Origin: a virus
Lineage: Duplodnaviria; Caudoviricetes
Length of the DNA stretch: 63,517 nt
Direction: 5' to 3' (one strand)
IMG/VR virus record: IMGVR_UViG_3300025476_000001
Coordinates: 1-63,517 of that record
Position numbers and translations under genes: made by a program. Below are positions 48,339 to 58,785 of this stretch, piece after piece. Numbering within the stretch: the first letter of the stretch is position 1; each line of letters opens with the position of its first letter. The notes under the pieces are model-generated. The model was not told the origin of the DNA, searched no databases, and saw only the letters and a list, made by a program, of their open reading frames with translations.

Positions 48339-51300
48339 ATGAAGATAAGCATTATTGTCACAACTTGTGGTGATTCAAAAGATTACTTAAAACTTTGTTT
48401 GGATAGTATCTTTAAGTTTACAAGTATGATTAATACAGAAGTTATTGTTGTGGCTAATGGTTGTACAGAAGTGGTTAGGGAATACCTGAAGACTAAAACA
48501 GTACAACTTTTGTGGTTTGAAGAACGTATTGGTTATGTGAGCGCTGTAAATGAGGGTATTAAGATAAGTAAAGGAGAATACATAGTATTATTAAATGACG
48601 ACACAATAGTGTTAGGAAGCGACTGGATAGACATCTTTACAAAGCCGTTTTTAGATGATCAAAAAGTAGGAATAACAGGGCCGCTCAAGTTTACTTGGAA
48701 CTGTGGTGGTATTCAAAGAGCAGCGATTGGATTTTTTTGTGTAATGATAAAACGAAAATTGTTTGATGAATTAGGTTTACTCGACACAATATTTAATCCG
48801 GGAATGGGTGAGGATGGAGATTTTTCCATTAAGGCAGAAAAGGCTGGATATAGATTAGTTCAAGTTCCCACAGAAGACCCAAAGGAATTTGGTGATGGGG
48901 TAGCTATTCAAAATTTTCCTATTTACCATAAAGGCAATGGGACCTTTTCTGCTGATGTAGATGGTAAGAATAAGATAATAGATAGAAATACTAAAATTTT
49001 AGCAGAACGATATGGTCTTAAAAAAGATATTTTAGAAAGCATTTATACTGAACTTTTGAATAATTCATCGGATATAAATCAATTATTTCCTACTTTAAGA
49101 AAATACGCTAGTTTATGTTCTCATATAACTGAATTTGGGGTAAGAGATGTGGTTTCTACCTATGCATTTTTAGCAAGTAGGCCCAGAAAAATGGTTTCTT
49201 ATGATATTTATACTTCGGCTAATATACCCGCTACATTAGATATAGCAAAGGTAAATGAAATAGATTTTAAATTTATAGAACAAAGTACGTTAGAAACAAC
49301 CATAGAAGAGACAGATTTATTATTTATAGATACCGTTCATAGTTATGGACAATTATCTGAGGAGTTAAGATTACACGCGAATAAGGTAAAGAAATATATA
49401 TTAATGCACGATACAACTTTTTGTGGTGAGATAGATAGTCCTGCAACTAATTCTATAAAGCAGGGATTAAATATAGCAATTAGTGAGTTCTTATTGGCTC
49501 ATAAAGAATGGTCAATGATAGAGAAGATTGAAATAAATAACGGTTTAACGGTACTGGAAAGGAAAAGCACTGTGCAAGTATCAATTGTTATACCTACCCT
49601 TAATCATTTGGAAGATGGTCTGAAACCTTGTCTGGAAGCAGTTTTAAAGTATACAGATTTGACTGATAAAGAGATTATTGTAGTTCCTAATGGTTGTACT
49701 GATGGGACAATGGAATACTTGCAGTCATTGGGTGATAAGATTAAGATTATTTCTTTTGATAAACCAATGGGTTACATTATTCCCGTTAATATGGGGGTAA
49801 GATCTGCTTTAGGTAAATACGTTGTTTTATTAAGTAATGATTGTCATTTGCTTCCACAAAAAGTTGATACTTGGATAAATATAATGTTATCTCCATTTTT
49901 AGCAGATGATAATGTCGGAGTCGCCGGCCCTCTTGGGTATATCTATCCAGGATTGGGTTTAGCTATTCATGGTGGTTGTGTTATGTATAAAAAGGAAGCA
50001 TGGGATAAAGTTGGTGGGTATGATACTTTATTTGGTTATGGATACATAAGTGATGTAGATATGAGTCTAAGAATAAATGATTCTGGGTACAAAGCAGTAT
50101 TTGTACATGAAGATGGTTATGCTGGATCTATTAATACTTATCACATTGATTTTCCACTTTATACTACTTCTAAGGTTGTTACTATGGACAGACAAGCAGA
50201 TGCCTTACTTGTTGGTAAAAATCGAGCCCTGACTTCTAAAAGACATAAAGGTAAACCTTCTATATCAATAGTTATACCTACTTGTAACAGATTAGAAACT
50301 TTAAAAGTTTGCCTTGATAGAATATTTATGTATACCGATTGTTTAGAAAAAGAAATTATTGTAGTTCCTAATGGTTGTACTGATGGTACTTTGGAGTATT
50401 TGGAAACATTAAAAGACTACATTACTATAAGAAACATACCTGAAGCTTCTGGGCATGTAATACCTACTAATGCCGGTGCGGAGATTGCCAAAGGTGGATT
50501 TATTGTTCTTTTAGATGATGATTCTATGCTGCTTCCACAGAAAGTTGATACTTGGATAAGGTTGTTATATGTTCCGTTTGAAGCTGATAAGTCTGTAGGT
50601 GCTACAGGAGTTTTTGCATCAGATTATCCCTATCTGGGAATTGCCCTTCATAGTGGTTGCGCAATGTATCGTAGAGACGTATGGGATAAGGTAGGCGGTG
50701 GAGATTTAGCATTTGGATTTGGATACTTGTACGATGCAGATTTAAGTCTAAGAATAAAAGAGTTAGGATACAAGACATTAGGAGTGGGAGAAAATAATGC
50801 ATTTCCACTATATCATCCCGAGAGTCCGGTTACTTCTAATCGAAAACAGGAAGACGTAGCATTGATTAGAAAAAATAGAAATATTTTGTATGAACGACAT
50901 GGGAAAAAACCACGTTATTCTATTGTTATACCTACGTATAATCATTTAGAAGACTGTTTGAAGCCGTGTCTGAATAGTATAGTACAACATACTAATTTAG
51001 AAGATGTAGAAGTAATAGTAGTGGCTAATGGTTGTAATGAAATGTCCGACTCGAGTAAAAAAGAGAAGACGGCAGAATTTGTGGACAGTTTAGGTCATCC
51101 ATTTAAGTTGGTTTGGTTTGATGAGGGATTAGGATTTACCAAGGCTACTAATGAAGGAATCAAAGTTGCTTTAGGAGATTACATCATTCTTTTAAATAAT
51201 GATACTGTATTGTTGGAAAAAGGTCAGCCAAAGAATGCTTGGATTGAAATGCTAGTATTCCCGTTTCTGAGAGATGATAAAGTAGGCATTACCGGGCCGT

Positions 51301-52736
51301 TAGAACTTTATGATACCTACGCGGACAGTAAGGTAATGATATTCTTTTGTGTAATGATTAAAAAAGAGTTATTTAATAAAATAGGACTTCTTGATGAATC
51401 TTATTCTCCAGGCGGTGGCGAAGATATAGATTTTTGTATTAAAGCAAAAATGGCTGGTTACAAAGAAGTTGTTGTCCCTGATTATAATATGGATTTTACG
51501 TTTACAAATGTTGGTCAATTTCCTATTTACCATTTGGGTGAAGGTACTTTTACTGAAAAAGAGTGGCCTGAATATAGTAAAAAAATTATTAAAGATAATG
51601 GTACAAAAAATATGATTCGATACAACAAACATATTAAACTTAATGTTGGTTCCGGGGGAATTGAAGTTCCCGGGTATATAAGTGTAGATAAGTATGATAC
51701 TAGAGCGCACATACTTATGGACGCGTTTGACTTAAACCTACCTGAAAATTCTGTAGAAGAAATACTTGCATCGCATCTATTTGAGCACATTTCTCCATAT
51801 CGGTCTTTAGATTTGTTAAAGAAGTGGTTGAAGGTGTTAAAACCGGGTGGAAAGTTAATAATGGAGCTTCCGAATATAGAAGAACTTTGTAAAGATTTTG
51901 TTACCGGAGATAAGTCGCTTCGATATGGTATTTTAAATTGTATTTACGGTGCAGTTAATACTACCAATGAAGGTACTAACGAGGATATTACTTCACCGCA
52001 TTTATGGGGATGGTATCCTGAAATAATGTATGATCATTTAGCCTGGGCAGGATTTATTAATATAAGAATTATGCCTGAACAAATGCCACATCCGCATAAG
52101 AATTTTAGAGTAGAAGCAGTAAAAAATTGGATGACTTCAGAAGAAATGTTGTTATATAATAATGGTGAAAGACTAATTCCTGGTGTTACTCACGATAATA
52201 GAGAGTATCTTTGTCATTTAAGTGCTTACAATTTCTTTAAAGAAACAATATTAGCAGATGGTAATTCCGGTCCAATTTCTATTGTTGATTTGGGTTGCGG
52301 AGTCGGTTGGGGTAGTCCAATACTTGCTTCCATTCCGAATAGTGTTATTTTAGGAATTGATATAAGTAAGGAATGTATAGATTATGCAAATAAACATTAT
52401 CCTGCAAACAATGTACGTTATCAAAAAATGTCTATTGAAGATTTTATTAATAGTGATTTAAAATTTGATTATGTAGTATCAAGCGAAGTAATAGAACATA
52501 TGAATAATTTATCAGTTCTTAGTCAAGTAAAATATAACAAGAAATTGTTACTAGGAATGCCATATAAAGAACAACCAGGCAAGAATATACATCACAAATT
52601 ATTTGACTTGAAAGAGGATAATTTTAAGGATTTTTATAACGTTAAGTTTAGTTATTCTGACTTCGAAGGCAAGATAACGTCAGTTCCCGGAACACAATCA
52701 ATTAATTTTCTAGTAGCAATAAGCAATAGTAAATGA
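48339..52736 (+). CDS. Multidomain glycosyltransferase: four GT2 domains plus three SAM methyltransferase domains
   Basis: Four SI(I/V)(V/I)(T/P)T...NGC...LL(N/S/D)(D/N)D units; MTase motifs EFGVR..LFIDTVH, LNVGSGG, VDLGCGVGWG. Confidence 0.9.
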   Translation: MKISIIVTTCGDSKDYLKLCLDSIFKFTSMINTEVIVVANGCTEVVREYLKTKTVQLLWFEERIGYVSAVNEGIKISKGEYIVLLNDDTIVLGSDWIDIFTKPFLDDQKVGITGPLKFTWNCGGIQRAAIGFFCVMIKRKLFDELGLLDTIFNPGMGEDGDFSIKAEKAGYRLVQVPTEDPKEFGDGVAIQNFPIYHKGNGTFSADVDGKNKIIDRNTKILAERYGLKKDILESIYTELLNNSSDINQLFPTLRKYASLCSHITEFGVRDVVSTYAFLASRPRKMVSYDIYTSANIPATLDIAKVNEIDFKFIEQSTLETTIEETDLLFIDTVHSYGQLSEELRLHANKVKKYILMHDTTFCGEIDSPATNSIKQGLNIAISEFLLAHKEWSMIEKIEINNGLTVLERKSTVQVSIVIPTLNHLEDGLKPCLEAVLKYTDLTDKEIIVVPNGCTDGTMEYLQSLGDKIKIISFDKPMGYIIPVNMGVRSALGKYVVLLSNDCHLLPQKVDTWINIMLSPFLADDNVGVAGPLGYIYPGLGLAIHGGCVMYKKEAWDKVGGYDTLFGYGYISDVDMSLRINDSGYKAVFVHEDGYAGSINTYHIDFPLYTTSKVVTMDRQADALLVGKNRALTSKRHKGKPSISIVIPTCNRLETLKVCLDRIFMYTDCLEKEIIVVPNGCTDGTLEYLETLKDYITIRNIPEASGHVIPTNAGAEIAKGGFIVLLDDDSMLLPQKVDTWIRLLYVPFEADKSVGATGVFASDYPYLGIALHSGCAMYRRDVWDKVGGGDLAFGFGYLYDADLSLRIKELGYKTLGVGENNAFPLYHPESPVTSNRKQEDVALIRKNRNILYERHGKKPRYSIVIPTYNHLEDCLKPCLNSIVQHTNLEDVEVIVVANGCNEMSDSSKKEKTAEFVDSLGHPFKLVWFDEGLGFTKATNEGIKVALGDYIILLNNDTVLLEKGQPKNAWIEMLVFPFLRDDKVGITGPLELYDTYADSKVMIFFCVMIKKELFNKIGLLDESYSPGGGEDIDFCIKAKMAGYKEVVVPDYNMDFTFTNVGQFPIYHLGEGTFTEKEWPEYSKKIIKDNGTKNMIRYNKHIKLNVGSGGIEVPGYISVDKYDTRAHILMDAFDLNLPENSVEEILASHLFEHISPYRSLDLLKKWLKVLKPGGKLIMELPNIEELCKDFVTGDKSLRYGILNCIYGAVNTTNEGTNEDITSPHLWGWYPEIMYDHLAWAGFINIRIMPEQMPHPHKNFRVEAVKNWMTSEEMLLYNNGERLIPGVTHDNREYLCHLSAYNFFKETILADGNSGPISIVDLGCGVGWGSPILASIPNSVILGIDISKECIDYANKHYPANNVRYQKMSIEDFINSDLKFDYVVSSEVIEHMNNLSVLSQVKYNKKLLLGMPYKEQPGKNIHHKLFDLKEDNFKDFYNVKFSYSDFEGKITSVPGTQSINFLVAISNSK

Positions 52737-52746
52737 GGATGGTTAA

Positions 52747-53463
52747 ATGAAGTATTCAATAATAATTCCGTATGCATGTAATCGTGAAACATTATTATAT
52801 ACTTTAAATTCTTATGTATCTCATTACAGTCATAGAAACGATTACGAGGTTGTTATTGTTGAAGAAAAGAAAAATATAGATAACGAAGTACATCATGCTA
52901 GATTGCTTCAGATTATTGGTCTTTTTAAGAACAGAATTAATATTCATTACGTTCGATATACGAAAAAAGACTTATTTAATTCTTCGATATTATTCAACTT
53001 AGGCGCAAAAAGCGCTCTTGGTGACATACTAGTACTAACTAACCCAGAATGTTATCACGAGGTAAATATTTTAAAGGGGTTTGATGAAGAATTTGCTAAA
53101 GATATGAATAGTTATGTAGTATGCAGTTGTTTGGCTGTTAGTCTTGAGAATGATAAGGTAAATATACTTAAATGGTATCAACATTCTAAATATATTAACA
53201 GAATGTCTCATTTTTGTTCCGCGATTGCTAAAGAAAGATATTTTAGTATAGGCGGTTTTGATGAAGAGTACGCAAAGGGAATAGCGTATGACGACGATGA
53301 CTTCAGGGATACAATATTGTGCAGTAATTTTAGAGTGGTGTTAAGAGACGATTTAGTTGTTAGTCATTTAGAACACAGCAGAGAATACCAGGTAATTGAT
53401 TTGGTAAAGAAAAATGAAATGTATTATAGGCGTAAGTGGAATAGACAAGAGGTGATGGCGTGA
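52747..53463 (+). CDS. Glycosyltransferase family 2
   Basis: YSIIIPY, FNLGAK, IGGFDEEY..GIAYDDDDF. Confidence 0.85.
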   Translation: MKYSIIIPYACNRETLLYTLNSYVSHYSHRNDYEVVIVEEKKNIDNEVHHARLLQIIGLFKNRINIHYVRYTKKDLFNSSILFNLGAKSALGDILVLTNPECYHEVNILKGFDEEFAKDMNSYVVCSCLAVSLENDKVNILKWYQHSKYINRMSHFCSAIAKERYFSIGGFDEEYAKGIAYDDDDFRDTILCSNFRVVLRDDLVVSHLEHSREYQVIDLVKKNEMYYRRKWNRQEVMA

Positions 53464-54479
53464 GTTCAAATGTTACCGCGGTAATTTCAACGAAAAATAG
53501 ATACTTTAGTACATTACCTCATGTGTTGATGGGAATTATTAATCAGACTGTTCAGCCTGACAGAGTTATCATTTATGATGATAGTGATGAAGTTAAGGAT
53601 TTAAGAAAGGAAGATTTTTATAAAAATATATTTTCTATTCTAGGGAGTAGATGGGAGTTAACTTTTGGTGCTAAAAAAGGGCAGGTGCTTAATCATCAAA
53701 AATCATTAGAAGACAGTAAAACTGATTATATTTGGAGATTGGATGACGATAATATCCCAGAGGCTAATGTCTTGGAAGTACTACTGAAAAATATGACTGA
53801 TGGGATGGGTGCTGTTGGCGGGTTAGTTATTGATCCTAAAACTAATTTTTATAGTCATCCTTTAGCTTCAAATAAAATTGAAGATATTTATCTAGGGTTA
53901 AATGTTCAGTGGTTTAAGGATACAAAAAAGCAAGAAGTTGACCATTTGTATTCTAGTTTTCTTTATAGAAGAGAAGCAGCAAAACAAGTTGGTGGATATT
54001 GTACAGAGTTATCTCCGGTAGGTCACAGAGAAGAAACTATTCTAACATATTCTATGAAGAAGGCTGGATGGAAGTTAATTGTGGATCCTATGGCATTAAC
54101 TTGGCATTTTAGAGAATCTACTGGCGGAATAAGGAGCTATGAAAATAACTGGCTATGGGAACATGACGAAAAAATATTTTCTCGAAAGATACAAGAATGG
54201 GAAATTAAACTAAACAATTTAAAGTTGGTAGTACTAGATGCTGGTTTGGGAGATCATTTGGTTTTTAAGAAGATACTGCCAGAAGTTCTAAGTAAGTACG
54301 AAAAAGTAGCCTTCGCTGTTTGTTATCCTGAGGTATTTGAAGATGATAATATAACGTTACTAAGCATCAATCAAGCTAAAATGATGTTAAATATAGACGA
54401 CTTGAATATCTACAAGTTTTGTATTGATCATCAATGGACTAAGAGTTTGGAAGAAGCTTATAGAGAGTTATATTTATGA
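53460..54479 (+). CDS. GT2 glycosyltransferase with a C-terminal GT9-like N-lobe fragment
   Basis: VIIYDD, WRLDDD, GHREET; C-terminal DAGLGDHL. Confidence 0.8.
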   Translation: MSSNVTAVISTKNRYFSTLPHVLMGIINQTVQPDRVIIYDDSDEVKDLRKEDFYKNIFSILGSRWELTFGAKKGQVLNHQKSLEDSKTDYIWRLDDDNIPEANVLEVLLKNMTDGMGAVGGLVIDPKTNFYSHPLASNKIEDIYLGLNVQWFKDTKKQEVDHLYSSFLYRREAAKQVGGYCTELSPVGHREETILTYSMKKAGWKLIVDPMALTWHFRESTGGIRSYENNWLWEHDEKIFSRKIQEWEIKLNNLKLVVLDAGLGDHLVFKKILPEVLSKYEKVAFAVCYPEVFEDDNITLLSINQAKMMLNIDDLNIYKFCIDHQWTKSLEEAYRELYL

Positions 54480-54955
54480 AAAAAATTATTATAAGTCCCT
54501 ATAGTAGAGTGTTACGCAATGGCAAAGAGAACCCGAAAAATTATCCCTATTGGAATGAAGTTATTTCAGGTCTTAAACTACACGAGATTTACATTTGTCA
54601 GATAGGTACAGCATTAGAAAAAAGATTAGATAACGTAGATGAATTTCTTACAAATAGACCACTAAAAGAATTAAGACAGATGTTAAATGAATATGATACT
54701 TGGATTAGTGTAGATAACTTCTTTCAGCACTTTTGTTGGCTGCATAATAAACCTGGGATAGTAATATTTGGGTTAAGTGATCCTCTGATTTTTGGTCATA
54801 GTGAGAATACAAATTTGTTAAAAGATAGATCATACTTGCGTAAAAGAATTGCGCAATTTCAAACATGGGAAGAAATAGAATATGGCAAAGAATGTTTTGT
54901 AGAACCGGTTGTCATTATAGATAAAATTCTAGGGGAGTTTGAATGTCAGATATAA
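54476..54955 (+). CDS. GT9 (heptosyltransferase-like) C-terminal domain protein
   Basis: IIISPY...KNYPYW...QIG...ISVDNFFQH...PGIVIFG. Confidence 0.7.
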   Translation: MKKIIISPYSRVLRNGKENPKNYPYWNEVISGLKLHEIYICQIGTALEKRLDNVDEFLTNRPLKELRQMLNEYDTWISVDNFFQHFCWLHNKPGIVIFGLSDPLIFGHSENTNLLKDRSYLRKRIAQFQTWEEIEYGKECFVEPVVIIDKILGEFECQI

Positions 54956-57900
54956 TTAATGTTACGGTTCCCGGTACACCACCACTATATGTAACAGTTC
55001 CTAGTACACCGCCGATAAATGTAACAGTTCCCGGTACACCGCCATTATATGTAACCCTGACTCCTGGTTATATTGGCCAGTCAGGTTATAGTGGTCTTTC
55101 TGGTTATAGTGGTCTGGATGCTCAGATGTCCGGATACTCAGGTTACTCTGGTATATCTGGATACTCAGGTTATTCAAGTCATTCTGGTTACTCTGGAATT
55201 AGCGGAGCACAATTTATAGGCTCATCGGGATATTCTGGTATATCAGGTTATTCTGGTATTTCTGGATATTCTGGAAGATTTGGTTATTCTGGTTACTCTG
55301 GAATTAGTGGTTATTCAGGCATATCAGGTTATTCTGGGAGATCTGGATATTCTGGTAAGTCTGGTTATTCTGGAATTTCAGGGTATTCGGGATATTCAAG
55401 TTATTCAGGGTACTCAGGAATTAGTGGATATTCTGGAATATCTGGTAAGAGTGGTTACTCTGGTAAGTCCGGATATTCTGGTTACAGCGGAATAAGCGGT
55501 TACTCAGGTTACTCTGGTTACTCGGGTATATCTGGTAGATCTGGCTATTCTGGTAGATCCGGTTATTCAGGGATTTCTGGTTACTCTGGGTATTCTGGAA
55601 TCTCTGGTTACTCTGGTAAGAGTGGTTACTCTGGTAAGAGTGGTTACTCTGGTATTAGTGGATATTCAAGTATTAGTGGTTATTCGGGAATTTCTGGATA
55701 CTCTGGTATATCTGGATATTCTGGTAAGTCTGGTTACTCTGGTATAGGAATTTCTGGATACTCTGGTATATCCGGATATTCGAGTTATTCAGGGTACTCT
55801 GGTATATCTGGTTACTCTAGTATTTCAGGTTACTCTGGTATATCTGGTTACTCTAGTATTTCGGGTTACTCTGGAATTTCTGGTTACTCTAGTATTTCGG
55901 GTTATTCTGGTATATCAGGTTATAGTGGTGCTGCTTTTATAGGCTCATCTGGATACTCCGGCTATAGTGGTATATCCGGTTACTCAAGTTACTCTGGGGT
56001 TTCTGGTTATAGTGGTATTAGTGGATATTCTGGTCTATCTGGATACTCTGGCATATCTGGATACTCTGGAGTTAGCGGTTACTCTGGGTATTCTGGTATC
56101 AGTGGTTACTCTGGAATTTCTGGTTACAGCGGTTTAGGTATTAGTGGTTACTCTGGCATGTTTGGATATTCTGGATATAGTGGAGAAGAAGGTCTTAATC
56201 CAATGTTTCGATATATCTGGTCTTCTACTTATGTTAATACCGGAATGTATTATATAGACGGTTCTTATTTATATATAAACCAGGCCGATGCTATGGGTTT
56301 TAACCTTGACTATGTTTGGGGTAGTGTTAAGACGAATGATTTGATTGAAATAACTGTTCGACAAGGAACTTCTTATTACATTGTTGTCGCTGCTACTGAT
56401 ATGACAAAGATTAGTAACTACTGGAAATGTAGTTACATAGAGTTATCTAAAGAAACATCTGGGTTTACTGAGGCTGTTCCAAGTTCAATAGTGTGGGTTC
56501 ATGTCGGCCAAAGTGGTTACTCAGGAAGTTCTGGATACTCAGGTTATTCCGGTGTATCCGGATACTCTGGATATTCTGGTTACAGTGGAATAAGCGGTTA
56601 CTCTGGTATATCTGGATACTCTGGTTACAGCGGAATTAGTGGTTACTCTGGTATTAGTGGTTACTCTGGCATTGGGTACTCTGGTTACAGTGGAATTTCT
56701 GGATATTCTGGCATATCTGGAATTTCTGGTTACAGCGGAATGAGCGGTTACTCCGGCATATCCGGATACTCTGGCTATAGTGGTATATCTGGCTATTCAG
56801 GGATTTCTGGATATTCAGGAATAAGTGGGTATTCTGGAATTTCTGGTTACTCAGGTTACTCCGGTATTAGCGGTTACTCCGGTATTAGTGGTTACTCAGG
56901 AATTTCAGGATACTCTGGTTATAGTGGAATTTCAGGATACTCTGGTTATAGCGGAATAAGTGGATACTCTGGTTATTCAGGAATTAGTGGTTACTCTGGC
57001 ATATCTGGGTACTCAAGTTATTCCGGTTACTCTGGTATATTTGGAGTAAGTGGTTATAGTGGTATAGGTACTCCTTATTGGAATAAGATTTCAACAGTGT
57101 TATCACCAACTACTCCAGGAGATACCGTAACCATAGATGACATAAATACTACAGGATTAAGTGGGAGTTTTATCACTTCAGATAGTATAAAAACATCAAT
57201 AGAGGAAGTAGACTCAATTTTGTCAGATTTGGCTCCTGCGGATGCAGGTACTTTAAATGCTCAATCATTAGTTATATATAATTCAACGACCGTTAAGTAT
57301 ATAGGCTACTTATCTAACGGCAGTACTAATTATAAAGGAGGAGATCCTGCGGGTACCTTAGTAAGTTATATCATTAAAGATGGTACTTTTAACTTACAAA
57401 CTCCTTCTTCTACAACATCTATAAACAAAGGTGATTTAGGGTCTTTATTGGCTTATGTCAATGGAGGTCAAGTAGGTACATTTGATTTGTTATCAAATTT
57501 TAATGAAGCTTATAGAGATTCTAATCAAATTTATACTCCAGCTACATCAACAGATGGTTATATAACAATTCAATCTGTTGGCAAGTATAATAGTTTTAAA
57601 AGATGGCAGAAATGTAATGCCTTAATAAATATAATACCTGCGAATATAAGACAAGGATATAGTTACATAGGTTTAGTACATGATTTAGCTACCGATCAAA
57701 CGTCAACGAATTTTGATTTATTTTTTGATAACGATGCCGGCTCAGATCCTTCAGTAACTACTCCTGTTGTTGTAGAGAATACTCCTGTAACTAGAAAGTT
57801 ATCTGGGGTAAATTACTATGATAGAGGCAGCACATTTGATGTTTCTGTAGTCGGATCTAACTGTTTTAATAATGTCTATATTCAGTATCCTTTAGTTATT

Positions 57901-58785
57901 ATTTCCTCAAGTAGTAATTGTATGGGTAACGCGAGTATTGCGCCAACGGATGCCACAGTGTCTGGAGTTTCAAATCCTCCGGTAATTGGTGAAACAATGA
58001 CTGTAACTAGTAAGGTTATCACTGTTCCTTCTTTCAATGTTCGTGATATCAATGCTAGAGTTACTGTTACTCCTGGTGACCCTTATGGAACTTATACAGC
58101 CGGTGTTTCCGCTTCCGCTAATAGGTTAGTAGATGGTTATTTGAATACCGCATCCGGAACTTCAACTGATACAGCTGAGTATTTTGATGACGAATGGTAC
58201 AGATTATTGTCTAATTTTAATATTGATTCTACAGCTTATTCAAGTGGTGGTTTTGGTGGGTGGGATTCTACAGTTTCCTTAGTTTCTGGAACAACTGGTT
58301 ATGATGGATTACAAGTTACTAACGGAACTATCCAATATCCAATAAATAATTACACTTCTGGTTATCTTCCTTCATCCGGTCAGGTTGATTACTCAGGAGC
58401 CACAGGAAACAGAGTTTATATAAGATATTTTTATGTTGGGGCAGGAAAGCAAAATTTTACCTGGACTATTGCCGGTACAACAGTAACTTTTGTATCTGTT
58501 GCTACTGGGCCAAGTTCTAATAATGTAACTTTTGAAATGTTAGCCCCTGCAACTACAAAGAATGGAAGTTCAAATACAGAATGGAAAGACTGTTATATTT
58601 CTTATACTGATGACATCTCAATAGGATGTTATACATCTGGAACAAAATCAGCAAGCACAGCAAATTGGGTTACAACCTTAGGTACTAAATCTACAGCAAC
58701 TTCTGGTTATGTTATTTGTGTCAGAATAACAGCTGCAGCAGCTTGGTCAGGTAACCTGGCGATCCTATCAGTGGAGGCTTCCTAA
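54943..58785 (+). CDS. Virion fibre-like protein with two (SGY/SGI)n blocks and a beta-rich C-terminal region
   Basis: Repeat blocks at about 55081-56182 and 56512-57066; N-terminal 10-aa VTVP(G/S)TPP repeats. Confidence 0.8.
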   Translation: MSDIINVTVPGTPPLYVTVPSTPPINVTVPGTPPLYVTLTPGYIGQSGYSGLSGYSGLDAQMSGYSGYSGISGYSGYSSHSGYSGISGAQFIGSSGYSGISGYSGISGYSGRFGYSGYSGISGYSGISGYSGRSGYSGKSGYSGISGYSGYSSYSGYSGISGYSGISGKSGYSGKSGYSGYSGISGYSGYSGYSGISGRSGYSGRSGYSGISGYSGYSGISGYSGKSGYSGKSGYSGISGYSSISGYSGISGYSGISGYSGKSGYSGIGISGYSGISGYSSYSGYSGISGYSSISGYSGISGYSSISGYSGISGYSSISGYSGISGYSGAAFIGSSGYSGYSGISGYSSYSGVSGYSGISGYSGLSGYSGISGYSGVSGYSGYSGISGYSGISGYSGLGISGYSGMFGYSGYSGEEGLNPMFRYIWSSTYVNTGMYYIDGSYLYINQADAMGFNLDYVWGSVKTNDLIEITVRQGTSYYIVVAATDMTKISNYWKCSYIELSKETSGFTEAVPSSIVWVHVGQSGYSGSSGYSGYSGVSGYSGYSGYSGISGYSGISGYSGYSGISGYSGISGYSGIGYSGYSGISGYSGISGISGYSGMSGYSGISGYSGYSGISGYSGISGYSGISGYSGISGYSGYSGISGYSGISGYSGISGYSGYSGISGYSGYSGISGYSGYSGISGYSGISGYSSYSGYSGIFGVSGYSGIGTPYWNKISTVLSPTTPGDTVTIDDINTTGLSGSFITSDSIKTSIEEVDSILSDLAPADAGTLNAQSLVIYNSTTVKYIGYLSNGSTNYKGGDPAGTLVSYIIKDGTFNLQTPSSTTSINKGDLGSLLAYVNGGQVGTFDLLSNFNEAYRDSNQIYTPATSTDGYITIQSVGKYNSFKRWQKCNALINIIPANIRQGYSYIGLVHDLATDQTSTNFDLFFDNDAGSDPSVTTPVVVENTPVTRKLSGVNYYDRGSTFDVSVVGSNCFNNVYIQYPLVIISSSSNCMGNASIAPTDATVSGVSNPPVIGETMTVTSKVITVPSFNVRDINARVTVTPGDPYGTYTAGVSASANRLVDGYLNTASGTSTDTAEYFDDEWYRLLSNFNIDSTAYSSGGFGGWDSTVSLVSGTTGYDGLQVTNGTIQYPINNYTSGYLPSSGQVDYSGATGNRVYIRYFYVGAGKQNFTWTIAGTTVTFVSVATGPSSNNVTFEMLAPATTKNGSSNTEWKDCYISYTDDISIGCYTSGTKSASTANWVTTLGTKSTATSGYVICVRITAAAAWSGNLAILSVEAS
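55081..57066 (+). repeat. Two Ser-Gly-X coding repeat blocks separated by a globular insert of about 110 aa
   Basis: Seen in translation of 54943..58785. Confidence 0.95.

Noticed and set aside
1343-51790. Numerous short minus-strand ORFs
   Set aside because: They overlap well-supported + strand genes and show no motifs; antisense shadows
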